A stretch of DNA of 64,000 bases from Candidatus Poribacteria bacterium (GCA_965222225.1 CBDCTK010000002.1:3104001-3168000); one strand, 5' to 3'. Shown: positions 9,476 through 19,621, counted from the stretch's first letter. Numbers and translations: made by a program. The notes: generated by a model from the sequence alone, not told the origin.

Positions 9476-10239
9476 TTATCTCCGCGACGACTTCTTTATT
9501 TCTCCCCAAGTCGTAGTCAGATGTGTTTTACGATTAACGCTATGAGGCCCGCCAATGTTTGGTATGTCAGGTCCCGTGATGGCAACGTCATCAAGATGAA
9601 CAAGCATCTCACTTAACGTCTCAAATCTCACGGTACCAGGTGCTGCCGTTTCATCTTTATATTTGCTTACGCGATTGCCGTTAAAATGAAACTCAAAATT
9701 ACTCGCCTCCGCTACGATTTTTATTTGGTGCCATCGCCGTAATTTAATCACTCCTTCAAAGTGTCCTCAAAGAATAGTACCTTCTATCCCCTTGGGGGCG
9801 ATTTTGACATCAGGTGAGATGGTCACCGCAGCTACAAGATCTTTCCTAGGAAGAATCAACATCCGTTGCTCAGCCGTCACATCAAAAAGTCCCTCTCTAC
9901 TTCGAACAGAGGCACTGAAAACTGGGCTATAATTCTGCGACACTTCTTTAATTCTAACTCGACATGTTAGTGTATAAGAGTTCCAGTCTTCCGCATTTTC
10001 TGTTCTTAATTCCAAGGACACAACTTTAAAAACCCCTTCAGGTAGCTCTTTTTTTCAATCGTTGTGTCCATGACTAGATATCCATTTTTTAACGCGACAG
10101 GGAGGGCAATTCCGGGAGGGTGTTTTGAAAGATGCCACCCGTCAAGATTTCTATCATGAAAAACGTCCAAAAACGTACCGGAATGCGCTACGCTTGTAGG
10201 CGATATAGCGATTAGCAAAGCTATCAGTAACCATTTCAT
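9476..10239 (-). pseudogene. Disrupted secreted protein (lectin/DUF1080-like) with C-terminal ...HLTTTWGEIK motif
   Basis: Signal peptide MKWLLIALL at 10239; frameshift in an A7 run (10049-10055) and an in-frame TGA at 9767-9769; the three ORF pieces join into one protein. Confidence 0.75.
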
Positions 10240-10399
10240 TGGAATTCCATCCATACAAGAAACGTTGCCTTTAACGTCGTCCCTTACACTCACGAATAAA
10301 CGACGGAAATCTCGCATGAGTTCACCCTCTTCTGGATTTAACCTGCGTCAATCTATAAGCCATATTTAGGGTGGAACGAACATGGATGGAAATCTCGCT

Positions 10400-12040
10400 T
10401 CATTGACCGTCCTCAAACTGGAAGGCGTACAAGCTCGCCTGATGGAGATGGAACCGGAGTCGGCACGGCTTGTTCCACAGATTCCTCAAATCTGCATCGG
10501 CATTCCACCGCACCGTGTGCCAAATCTGATTGGGATTATCCGAACAGACGGGGACACAATCTTCAGCAGCGAATCCGGCGTACGGCTTGAAGTCGGGATC
10601 GAGAATCTCCACGCGAATGTAGCCGCCGTAACAGTCCGCATTGATATTCAGGCGATTGCCCTCGAATACAAACTGCCTAGCATAAACCTTGCCATACTCA
10701 TAGGTCGGCTTCAACTCCGCCCATCCGTCTTCCCGCAGGATAAGCGCGCCGACCGAGCGGCGCCGTCTCGGGTAGCCACCCATAACCGCTCCCAACTTCT
10801 CCCAATCCGCTTTGCCGGCTTCGAAGGCGGCTTCGGGCACCATTAACGCGGGCGGTGGATAACTGTACCATTCCTGTTTGTCAGGAATCGCCAAGTACGG
10901 AATATGGAGTTTGCCGTCGTAGACGAGCTGACCGGTAGAAGTATAGCAGACGTAGCCGTAGTCGATGCTCCCCGGATCGCGGTTGTCGACCCATGCACCG
11001 GGTCCGCCGACCCGTACCCAACGTTTGCCGTCACGGCTCGTGTATAGACCCAGCCTGACAAACGCCAGATCTCGCCAGTTCGCCCCGTCTCTGGAGCACC
11101 AGATCGGCTCAGCCATGAACTCGCCGGGGATGCCGATATATTGCCCGCCGACCTTGCGAACCGACATTTCGTGAAACTCCAGATTCGGGGGCAAGTCCGG
11201 CTCCCAATCAACCGATATCACCACCTCCTTGGGCGACCAGTTGATGAAGTCCTCGCTCTCCTGCCGCCCAATCTGCCGTTTGCGATGCAGGAAGTTCTGG
11301 TGATGCGAATACTGACTGTAAGCAACCCACTTTTCTATAGATTCATCCCAGATGATTCTAGGCTCGTGATGATGGCGGTAGGTGCTGTAATCGCTGACGG
11401 TCGTCCAGCGCAGTCCGTCCGGCGACGCCTTCACCGTGGATGTGAGGGGTTCGCCTCTCTCGCGTGCAAAGCCGTAGCGGCTGAAGAGCATCAGAAACTT
11501 CCGGTCGGGGTCGCTCTGATCGTGGTTGAGCACCACCGTTACGCCCGCGGTGTCCTGTTCCACGATGTTGGTCTCCGTGTAATTCTCGTATGGCAAACAT
11601 TTGTCGCTGAGGGGCTTTTCCCAATGGATACAGTTGGTCGATTCGGCATAGCACAACACTTGACCCGTGTTGAACGGGTCGCCGGACAGGGATTGGATGT
11701 ACCATATCTTGAATTTGCCGTCGTCCGGGTCTTGGATCGCACCGGACGGAAAAGGGTTGTAGTATCGCTCCCAGGGCAGGTCGCCGACCTCAAGAATCGG
11801 CTCTGCGGGACGGTACGGTTCGGGGAACACTCTTTCCACATCCTCAAGGTGATCGATGATAAAATTGTCCAAGAACAACTGTTTCTGCGTACCGATGTGG
11901 AGAAACGGAATCTCGTAATCGGGCATAAAGTGAGGATACTTCCTGCTTTCAATCGGGCGCCTGCCCGCCAGCGTGTCTTCGATGTTGCGCTGAATATCCA
12001 GCGGTTCGGTGAGGCTTCTTTTTTCGGGGATATCCGTCAT
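10400..12040 (-). CDS. Beta-propeller glycoside-hydrolase-like protein (GH32/GH130-like)
   Basis: 'KQLFLDNFII', 'KFKIWY', 'SPDGLRW', 'LREDGW' and C-terminal 'LRFHLHQASLYAF'. Confidence 0.72.
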   Translation of the reverse strand: MTDIPEKRSLTEPLDIQRNIEDTLAGRRPIESRKYPHFMPDYEIPFLHIGTQKQLFLDNFIIDHLEDVERVFPEPYRPAEPILEVGDLPWERYYNPFPSGAIQDPDDGKFKIWYIQSLSGDPFNTGQVLCYAESTNCIHWEKPLSDKCLPYENYTETNIVEQDTAGVTVVLNHDQSDPDRKFLMLFSRYGFARERGEPLTSTVKASPDGLRWTTVSDYSTYRHHHEPRIIWDESIEKWVAYSQYSHHQNFLHRKRQIGRQESEDFINWSPKEVVISVDWEPDLPPNLEFHEMSVRKVGGQYIGIPGEFMAEPIWCSRDGANWRDLAFVRLGLYTSRDGKRWVRVGGPGAWVDNRDPGSIDYGYVCYTSTGQLVYDGKLHIPYLAIPDKQEWYSYPPPALMVPEAAFEAGKADWEKLGAVMGGYPRRRRSVGALILREDGWAELKPTYEYGKVYARQFVFEGNRLNINADCYGGYIRVEILDPDFKPYAGFAAEDCVPVCSDNPNQIWHTVRWNADADLRNLWNKPCRLRFHLHQASLYAFQFEDGQ

Positions 12041-12150
12041 GGGGGTTTGGTTCTCCTATTGGGGGGCTTTAGAGCCTGATTGGATAACGGGTAGTAAAGT
12101 TATTTCCGATACTTTGAGGCTGGGTGTTTTCACGTTTTTGCAGTAGCCTG

Positions 12151-12229
12151 CTATGTACCTGTCGCCCCGCTGGGGCTTAGGTGCGTGAGGTATCGGCGTT
12201 CTATACACCTGTCGCCCCTCTAGGGCTAT
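12151..12229. repeat. Tandem pair of REP-like hairpins
   Basis: CTATGTACCTGTCGCCCCGCTGGGGCT and CTATACACCTGTCGCCCCTCTAGGGCT; an interrupted relative lies at 27967-28027. Confidence 0.7.
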
Positions 12230-12267
12230 TAGAAGTTGGTGGAATTCTATGGGGACTTTATCGCGTA

Positions 12268-12339
12268 GGATTTACTAACGGGATTTGCTATCGCGCTCAT
12301 TATGCATTCGCTTGATCCCTCGTTATTCACTCCGTTGAT
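12268..12339 (-). repeat. Two nested 36-nt elements (inner 12281-12316; outer 12268-12280 plus 12317-12339)
   Basis: Removing the inner 36 nt leaves GGATTTACTAACGCCCTCGTTATTCACTCCGTTGAT, itself a 36-nt copy. Confidence 0.85.
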
Positions 12340-12352
12340 AGGTTTCGTCGGC

Positions 12353-13945
12353 TCAATTCTCAGGCGGGAGGAGGCGAAAGCTGTAGAGTTTTGCGCCTTT
12401 CAGACGAAAGCGAAGGCGGCACGGTTGTTCCGCTTGATTCAAGCCGCGGTCCCCCCAGCGAACAGAATGGCGCACGTGGTCACCCCGTATAGGCGTGCAG
12501 GTTTCCGCCGAGAATCCGGGCTGCACCTGCCCGTCAGGGGACAGCACCTCGACGGCAAGGCTGCCGCCGCTCGCGTCGACGTTCACTTCGAACCTGCCAT
12601 CTGGCAGTTGCAGGGGAACGGTTTCAACCACGCCGTCATCCGCATCGAGCGAGACAAAGCCGTCCAACCGCCAACTGGCTCTACCGATGGACATCACTTT
12701 GTCCTTGAGCAGCTCGCCGTGCGTCTGCGTGCTGCCGGTGTAGTACCAGTGTATCCCGTCATCCTCCACCAAGGGTTCTTTGGCGGTGAAGAGAATCATG
12801 CCCGAATCGAATTCGCCTCCCTTCCCGCGCGGGAGAATCGGGGTTCGGTCTTCAAAATGGCGCCAGTTTACGCCGTCTCGGCTGTAGATGAGTTGCGCAT
12901 CAATCGGACCATCGACGGCTGCCTGCCCGGGCACGGTATTCACGATGTCCTCGGTGACGTATAAGACGCCCAAGAGACCGATATAGATGCTGGGGATCTC
13001 TATCGCACGAGAATTTCTATCGCCCTCGCTATTCACTCGGTTGATCCCTATTCGGTCGTTTGGTCGATAGGGAAAGCCGGACATGTTGTGAAACTCCGCG
13101 CGGATAGCGCCGTAGCGCTCCTTGCCGAGCGCGTCGTCTTCCGGATTTGGTTCCAGGATGGGCGTTATCTCCGACCACCCGCTTTCCAATCTCTTGCTCT
13201 CGCTGTATTCGATGTGACGACGCTCCCCTCCCCTCCCGACCAGCATATAAGAGAGGTAGCGGTCAGCCCTTTCATCGCATACCACATTCGTAGGTCCCTC
13301 ATTTGCGCGCTCTATCACCGGCTGTTTCAATCCCTCATCGCTCCAACGGATGCCGTCGGGCGACGTAATTAGGAAGATGTTCCGGTAGCGGCGGCAAAAA
13401 CCGATCGCTTTGTAACGCTCCCTTTCGTCCCGCGGGTCATCCTCAAGAAAAACGCTGGCGCCGTGCAAGTCCCAAACGATGTTGTTATTCGGGCTTTCGT
13501 CAAAATCGAATATCCCCAGATTCGGTTTGGTCCACGTCAGCCCATCATCGCTCTCGGCATAGCAGAGCAGGTCGCCGATGTCGCTGCCCCGGAAATGCCT
13601 TCCGTCATCGTCGGTGCGGCGTCCCATGTACCGGGTAGCGTCTCCAGCGCCGGTGCGGGGCACATATAAGCCGGGAATGCGGTGTCCGTGATCCGGATCC
13701 ATGCGAGCCATATACCACATCTGGAATTTGTTCGTCCGATTGTCGTGCAGCACGGTTCCCAAGAGATTGACCCGCTTGGTTCTCTCGGGACCGTCATTTT
13801 CCCACGGCTTGTCGGGTTCCGGTGCTATGACCGGATGCGGTGTTTTGGTCGCCGGATGGAGCGTGCGGGTGACGCCGCGCTTCGTCTCAATGAGTGCATC
13901 GTCTACAAATAATTCTGTGCCGTAACCGAGTTCGTGTGGTTTCAT
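12353..13945 (-). CDS. Beta-propeller glycoside-hydrolase-like protein carrying a 24-aa repeat-derived insertion
   Basis: 'ELFVDDALI', 'YAESDDGLTWTKP', 'WRLDGFVSL' and 'LRFRLKGAKLYSF'; extra PNDRIGINRVNSEGDRNSRAIEIP before SIYIGLL. Confidence 0.72.
   Translation of the reverse strand: MKPHELGYGTELFVDDALIETKRGVTRTLHPATKTPHPVIAPEPDKPWENDGPERTKRVNLLGTVLHDNRTNKFQMWYMARMDPDHGHRIPGLYVPRTGAGDATRYMGRRTDDDGRHFRGSDIGDLLCYAESDDGLTWTKPNLGIFDFDESPNNNIVWDLHGASVFLEDDPRDERERYKAIGFCRRYRNIFLITSPDGIRWSDEGLKQPVIERANEGPTNVVCDERADRYLSYMLVGRGGERRHIEYSESKRLESGWSEITPILEPNPEDDALGKERYGAIRAEFHNMSGFPYRPNDRIGINRVNSEGDRNSRAIEIPSIYIGLLGVLYVTEDIVNTVPGQAAVDGPIDAQLIYSRDGVNWRHFEDRTPILPRGKGGEFDSGMILFTAKEPLVEDDGIHWYYTGSTQTHGELLKDKVMSIGRASWRLDGFVSLDADDGVVETVPLQLPDGRFEVNVDASGGSLAVEVLSPDGQVQPGFSAETCTPIRGDHVRHSVRWGDRGLNQAEQPCRLRFRLKGAKLYSFRLLPPEN
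12993..13064 (-). repeat. Two nested 36-nt elements inserted in frame within a CDS
   Basis: Inner copy 13010-13045; outer copy 12993-13009 plus 13046-13064; 72 nt equals 24 codons. Confidence 0.85.
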
Positions 13946-14110
13946 ATTTTTCTGATGTTCAAGACTTAAGCACGTTGCCTTGATTATATAACGGAATTAG
14001 TAGCTTGTAGCTTTTAGACTGACGACAAACATAAAACTTGGTACCCTGTCGTAAATCTTTTCGTCACACGTAGATGTCCATAGTGACTATTCTTCTCGTA
14101 GGAGTTTGCT

Positions 14111-14965
14111 ATGGACATTTTGAATCTTATGAAAGAGTTTCCAAATCAAGAATCTTGTCTCAGATTTATAGAGGAAAAACGTTGGAAGGACGGTGTTTGC
14201 TGTATCCACTGTGGCAGTGAAAAAGTTGGACGCAAGAACAGAAACGACATTACTACTGGTTGGAATTGCTACGATTGTGAATCTAGCTTTTCGGCTACAG
14301 CAGGAACCATCTTCCATGGTACCAAGATACCTCTCCAGAAATGGTTTTTGGCTATCTCAATCCTTTCCAATGCCAAGAAAAACATATCGAGTTGTCAGCT
14401 TGCTCGTGACTTGGACATGAATCAAAAGTCCGCTTGGTATATGGCAATGCGCCTCCGTGAGAAAATGAGTGATAGTGATGAATTGCTGAAAGGGATAGTT
14501 GAAGCAGACGAAACCTATGTCGGCGGCAAACCCAGAGCAAAATCTAAGAGAGGTAGAGGCACAAATAAATCTCCCGTCATCGGCGTAGTCGAGAGAGGCG
14601 GTCGGGTGGTTGCTAAATTCATGAAGGTTCTATCTGGTGAAAATATCAGAGAATTCATCCTTAGCAATGTCTCACCCGATGAGTCTATTCTTATGACTGA
14701 TGAATTTCGCTCTTACAATAGTCTGGACGAAGATATCGAAAGACATGTTATCCATCACCAAGAGAGATATGTTTCTGAGGACGGCGTAACTCACACCAAT
14801 ACCATCGAGTCGGTTTGGGCTTGTGTCAAGAGGTCATTCTACGGAACGCATCATCACTACAGCAAGAAGTGGCTGCCACTGTATATCATGGAGTCTTGCT
14901 GGAAATATAATCGCAGAAAAGATGATGAGATTTTCATAAGATTTTTTGATGAATGCTTCACCTGA
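14111..14965 (+). CDS. IS1595-family (ISXO2-like) transposase
   Basis: Zn ribbon CxxC..CxxC, HTH, 'VEADETYVGG', 'TDEFRSY' and 'HTNTIES'. Confidence 0.95.
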   Translation: MDILNLMKEFPNQESCLRFIEEKRWKDGVCCIHCGSEKVGRKNRNDITTGWNCYDCESSFSATAGTIFHGTKIPLQKWFLAISILSNAKKNISSCQLARDLDMNQKSAWYMAMRLREKMSDSDELLKGIVEADETYVGGKPRAKSKRGRGTNKSPVIGVVERGGRVVAKFMKVLSGENIREFILSNVSPDESILMTDEFRSYNSLDEDIERHVIHHQERYVSEDGVTHTNTIESVWACVKRSFYGTHHHYSKKWLPLYIMESCWKYNRRKDDEIFIRFFDECFT

Positions 14966-14983
14966 GCCACATGAATTGTTTGG

Positions 14984-15106
14984 CTATCGGTATATTCTGT
15001 CAACGACAGCATCATGGTATGATGTAAATCCCATAGTGTTGGAAATTAAAATCCCGCAGATAACCCGCAATGCTCCCGCGAGCATGTACAAACGCTTGGT
15101 CAACAT
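14984..15106 (-). CDS. 40-aa putative passenger ORF inside IS1595 copy 1
   Basis: GGAGG RBS upstream of the ATG; MLTKRLYMLAGALRVICGILISNTMGFTSYHDAVVDRIYR; open in both IS copies. Confidence 0.35.
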   Translation of the reverse strand: MLTKRLYMLAGALRVICGILISNTMGFTSYHDAVVDRIYR

Positions 15107-15240
15107 GATATGCCTCCATTTCTCTCTTATAGAGATGTATTTTAGTGTGAATCAAGATTCCGAACACTGTCTAAAGTTATTGTACATTAAGAAAAGAAAA
15201 GCAAGCAAATCAACCAAAAAGCAGTTAACTACTAAGTCCC

Positions 15241-15487
15241 ATTCTTTATAGTAGTAGCCGATGAAAGGGCCCGCGTCAGGGTTCTGCAACCATCTGAGTC
15301 TCCGGGCGACTTCGAGCGCATCAGGCGGTATCCACCCGAAAGCGGCGTCCGCGTCTACGATTTCACGCTTGGCGTCTTCATCGGTCTCCGCCATAACAAT
15401 ACGATATTGCGACAGAGTTTCCTTCATACGTGCCGCCCAATCGCGCTTCATCTCGTCCAGTGGTGGCATCATCACAAACTTTAACAA
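15241..15487 (-). pseudogene. N-terminal fragment of a D-2-hydroxyacid dehydrogenase-like gene truncated by the IS
   Basis: 'REIVDADAAFG...LRWLQNPDAG' then reads into the IS end; the rest of the gene is absent on the far side of the IS. Confidence 0.75.
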
Positions 15488-15792
15488 TGTTCTTCTCCTA
15501 GGGTTGCGGTATTGTTAGAGCCTGGTTGAAAATTCATTCAAGCGGGAATACGGCGTACGGTGCCGTCTGATCCAGATCGCTTGAAGCGCCCGGGCTCATC
15601 ATGTATTCCTTGAACTGCGAATCGAGCCAAGATTAATAATCTGAAAAATATGTGACGTTGGTAGGTGAAGTTGCTACTAGCACATCCACCTCACACCTGC
15701 GCATAAACTCTATTGCTCGATTGCTGTTGAAAAGCATGAGATGATTCCTTTGGGTAGAATTATCTTGTCAAGCGCTTATCGCTTCCCTGTGC

Positions 15793-16758
15793 CTAGACCT
15801 GAGGGATCGAGACGTTATCAAGCTCTTCCCGCACGTCATCGGGGAGCGACCATCCAACGGCACCAATGATATCCGGAATCTCATCGGTGCTGTCGCAGCC
15901 TACAATTGTAGTTGTGATTTCCGAATGCGAAAGAATCCATGCTAACGCCAATTGTGCGGGTGTCTTGTCCAATTCGGAGGCACGCATTTTGAGGACATTT
16001 ATGATTTTACCGGGCGTTCCCTGCACCGCGGCATCGAACTCTGACACCTTCCGCTCCGCCCATAGCGATCCGCGTGGTGGCGGTTTGCCCGGAGAATAGA
16101 CGCCACCGAGAAGACCAACTGCCAACGGGCTGTATGCCATGACACCCAGCCCAGTGTCCCGTACGAGCCCGAACATTTCGCGCTCGAGCGCCCGATTCAA
16201 CAGGCTGTACGGATTCTGAACGCAGATATATGGGGTTGCGTTGATTGCATCGGCAATCCATAGTGCATTGCAGACTTGCCAAGCGGCGTAGTTGCAACAG
16301 CCAATGTAAAGGACTTTGCCGGAGCGAACCAAATCGTCTAATGCGCGAATAGTCTCAGCGAGCGGCGTGGATTCATCGAAATTGTGCACGAGGTAAACGT
16401 CAATATGGTCCGTGTTCAGTCGTATGAGCGATTGTTCGACTTCGCGCAGGATGTGGTATCGAGACAGTCCTCGGTCGTTCGGGCCGGGCCCGGTGGTACT
16501 CCAGACTTTCGAGGTGATGACCACATCGTCCCGTTTTCCACGGAGCGCCCTGCCAAGAATCATTTCCGACTGTCCAGAGTTGTCATGCGCATCTGTGAGG
16601 CAGTAGCTGTTCGCACAATCTATGAGGTTAATCCCCAGATCGATGGCGTGTTCAATGATTCTCTGTCCAGATGCGACATCAGATACTCCCCTGAATCCGA
16701 GGCCGAGAGCCACTCGACTGATTTTGAGCCCTGCTGTTCCGAAATTGACGTATTCCAT
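15793..16758 (-). CDS. Aldo/keto reductase
   Basis: 'GINLIDCANSY', 'SLIRLNTDHIDVYLVH', 'GKVLYIG' and 'AYSPLAVGLL'. Confidence 0.93.
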   Translation of the reverse strand: MEYVNFGTAGLKISRVALGLGFRGVSDVASGQRIIEHAIDLGINLIDCANSYCLTDAHDNSGQSEMILGRALRGKRDDVVITSKVWSTTGPGPNDRGLSRYHILREVEQSLIRLNTDHIDVYLVHNFDESTPLAETIRALDDLVRSGKVLYIGCCNYAAWQVCNALWIADAINATPYICVQNPYSLLNRALEREMFGLVRDTGLGVMAYSPLAVGLLGGVYSPGKPPPRGSLWAERKVSEFDAAVQGTPGKIINVLKMRASELDKTPAQLALAWILSHSEITTTIVGCDSTDEIPDIIGAVGWSLPDDVREELDNVSIPQV

Positions 16759-16828
16759 TACGCTCCTCTCGTTTCCTTTGACCTCAATAGCGAAATGCCG
16801 CGAATGCGATGTCTTCCTATTTCAGTTG

Positions 16829-17886
16829 TCAGCGTAAACCCCCGTAGAACTCACTGTCGCGCCGGCAAAACAAGTCGAGGAAATTCCTGGGGTAGGGATG
16901 GGGTGGTTCACTGACCTCTCTCAATTCATTCACTTCATCGTCAGAAAGCTGAAGACGTAGCGATTCCAAAAGGTTTGAATACTGCTCTAGCCGGGATCCT
17001 CCCAAGAGAACGACATCAGAGGTGCCTGCCTGAATCATCCAGCGTGTGGCAACATTCGGAATTGTGTTGTCATAGCGCTCGGCGATGCGGGCAAGTACAT
17101 CCAACGTTGCCCAATTCCTCTCAATGGCAAGGTTCTCCCAGGAGGAACTTTCGCTCGGCTTCATCTGCTCGAACCGGCTGCCTGGAACTGGCTCTTCGAC
17201 ACCTCTGCGGTATCGACCTGTAAGAAAGCCCTGAGCCATCCCCATGCGATGGTAGATACCTTGGCATCCCGGCACGCCGGGATGATGGAGTGCTCAGCAC
17301 CCCTGTCTGCAAGGTTGTACCAGATCTGGTTGGAGATGGGAGCGGTTAAGTTTGTAAATCTGGCAATGGTGCTCGCCTTCATAACATGCCAACCATCCCA
17401 GTTGCTAACGCCTATGTAGCGAATCTTCCCTGCCCTGACAAAGTCATCCAACACCCGCAGCGTTTCTTCCAAGGGCGTGTAGAAATCCCACGCATGGCAC
17501 TGATAAAGATCGATATAATCTGTATTCAAGCGATTGAGACTATTCTCGATTTCTTTGGTAAGATAGGTACGAGAAAGTCCAACGCTGCTTGGCCGAACTT
17601 CATCTTCCATTAACCAATACCCTTTGGTCGCAATAACAAATTTTTCCCGCTTGCCTGCGACCATTTTTCCCACGGTCATTTCTGAAGTTCCGGCCATGGC
17701 GGTATTGGTTCCTCTAAACCCGCCGCCATACAGATTCGACGTGTCTATCAGATTGCCGCCTGCCTCCTGATACATGTCCACGATTCCCTGCGAGGTTTTT
17801 TCATCAAGCGTGGTGCCGAAGGGAATCGCCCCTAACCCAAGGCGCGCTACTTGCAATCCTGAGTTGCCTAAAAAGCAATACTCCAT
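16829..17886 (-). pseudogene. Aldo/keto reductase split by a frameshift near 17240
   Basis: The N-part (IDTSNLY, YIDLYQCH, GKIRYIGVSN) changes frame at 'TIAWG' and continues as 'MAQGFLTGRY'. A sequencing error cannot be excluded. Confidence 0.85.
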
Positions 17887-18506
17887 TTCGTGTCTCCTTA
17901 TCAAGCAGAGGGCTTGTGAACTTGGTAAGGTCTTGTTTCAGCAGTTAGCAACCTGACAAAACACGAACAAGCTACTGGCTGGCACTGAGAATCCTGTGTA
18001 CATTCGTGGAGGTGCATTCACAGGGTGCATCGGGTAAAACGGAGACCCATTTTATCCCTTTTTCGCCGTTTCGTCAACAATAATCCCCCGTTTCTTCGGC
18101 TTCGTCGTTGACCTGATTCTGTGCTTCGTCAAAGCAAGATATAGCGAAGTGAGCCGCATAGGGCGGGTCCTCGCTCTTCCTCAATTATCGTGGGAATGTG
18201 GCCCCGGTTACAGAGCGCACAACGTTACGGGTAGGTCGCACTATTGCGCGTTGCTCTGACCCGTTTGCGACATTGGCCACTTTTGGACTCACGGCGATGA
18301 GTATTCGGATGCCGTAGGTAAGAAGCGAAGGAAGTCTGTATTCGGTGTAATCCCGATGGCTTCGTCGCCGCGCCACGTGATACGGAAATCAATGCCGTTG
18401 GTACATTCGTCAACCGTCTGAACCGGGAGATCGTACAGAATTTAGATATGCCCAAGCGGATCTGGCGCCGACACAATCAGGAAGGGGCGGATCCACAACA
18501 GGTTGT

Positions 18507-18597
18507 GCGGCCGACCATGCACCGTACTCTTCAGGCAATAGCCGCTACTGTCCCACCCACTACGGGTAACGTATAGCACATCCTGGATAAAACGTCT
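18507..18597 (-). pseudogene. Degenerate IS5-family transposase N-terminal remnant
   Basis: Reads 'RRFIQDVLYVTRSG' then, after a frameshift, 'GQ*RLLPEEYGAW', resembling the IS5 'GCQWRxLPxxYGxW' motif. Confidence 0.5.
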
Positions 18598-18997
18598 TGA
18601 GTGGTTTTATTGCTAAAAACATATGGTATAGGACTTACGCGTTTTTGACTCTTGAAGCGAATGCAATTTTCGGAAGAAATCGAGTTTTCAAGAAAAAAGG
18701 GGACGCTATAACAGTCATTATCCATTCCCTTAATCGGTTTCGAGGCACAAGTCCCATAAGCATTATCTACTTAAAGAGTATGCCACTTAGATTGCTTACC
18801 TTGACCCGCAGTGTAGTTTTCACTCACAGGCGTATCTGATAGCGCCCCTACCTAGGCAACGCTAGACAGGGAAACGAATCCTTGGTTCGCGAGCTTGTAA
18901 ATCTCTTGATTCCTGTTTCAGTAGTCAACGACTTGGCAGAATTTGAATAACTCACGCGCCCGCTCCGAAAAACCCTCGTATGTTTTAGGTGGTACTT

Positions 18998-19621
18998 TCA
19001 TTTGGTGCCCGATGTCAATCCAAGACAGCCCATAGCCGACGGAAAATCGACCCGCGTCAGCACCTTGTCGTACAGGTTCTGCAAGTCGGGATTAGCGATG
19101 TATTGAGTAGAAGGGAGCATTTCAACGCTGCTATTCTCCTCGGAAGTATCCACGAGCGGAAACTTGATGCCCAGTATCGGACACGTATCAAGACCGACAT
19201 GCGGAATCTCGCCGGGCAGCGGCGTGTCTCGGTGCCAGTGCTGGTACTCACTCCCCGGGTAAGGGTTGTTTGAATGAAAGCATTTGATGTAGAACTCCTC
19301 TTTTCCCCAATAGCGCTTGAGAAACTTGAGAATAACGGGATTTTCATAAACCTCGGGGTCGGAGAACGGGGACACCCACGGAATCGTCATCGTCTAGCGG
19401 TTGACATTCTGTTGGCGGCCGAAGCCTGTTCCCAGGCCGCCCCATTCTCTGTCAGCGATGCCGGTTTCCCGCTTCCTGATATGTTCAAGCATCGGCAGAA
19501 ACGCTGCCCGGATCCGATCCGCCGTGCTGACTGAAAAGACGTCCTCCAATACGGCGTATCCGTTAATCCTGAATTCGGCAATACTTAAGTCGAAGTCTAC
19601 GTCTTCACATCGTGCAGTCAT
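18998..19621 (-). pseudogene. PhyH-family dioxygenase pseudogene
   Basis: 'NGYAVLEDVF' N-part, in-frame TAG at 19394-19396, then 'QHWHRD...PLVDTSEEN'; C-terminus is truncated. Confidence 0.8.

Larger units (their letters stand above)
13992..15240 (+). mobile_element. IS1595-family insertion sequence, copy 1 (1249 bp, no target duplication)
   Basis: Ends CGGAATTAGTAG / CTACTAAGTCCC form imperfect inverted repeats; near-identical to 51394-52642. Confidence 0.92.

Noticed and set aside
10049-10055. A7 tract as a phase-variation switch
   Set aside because: A second lesion (in-frame TGA at 9767) would still truncate the protein, so simple decay is more likely.
11141-12964. Long antisense ORFs (11141-12079, 12302-12964; similarly 25200-25853 and 52734-53465)
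   Set aside because: They are shadows of well-supported genes on the opposite strand and carry no recognisable motifs.
14946-15251. 101-aa ORF after the IS1595 transposase
   Set aside because: The equivalent ORF in copy 2 stops at 77 aa, it runs past the IS end in copy 1, and it has no clear RBS.
19394-19396. In-frame TAG or TGA stops as recoding (pyrrolysine, selenocysteine or an alternative code)
   Set aside because: The affected genes have other lesions, and intact genes in the window use TAG and TGA as normal stops.
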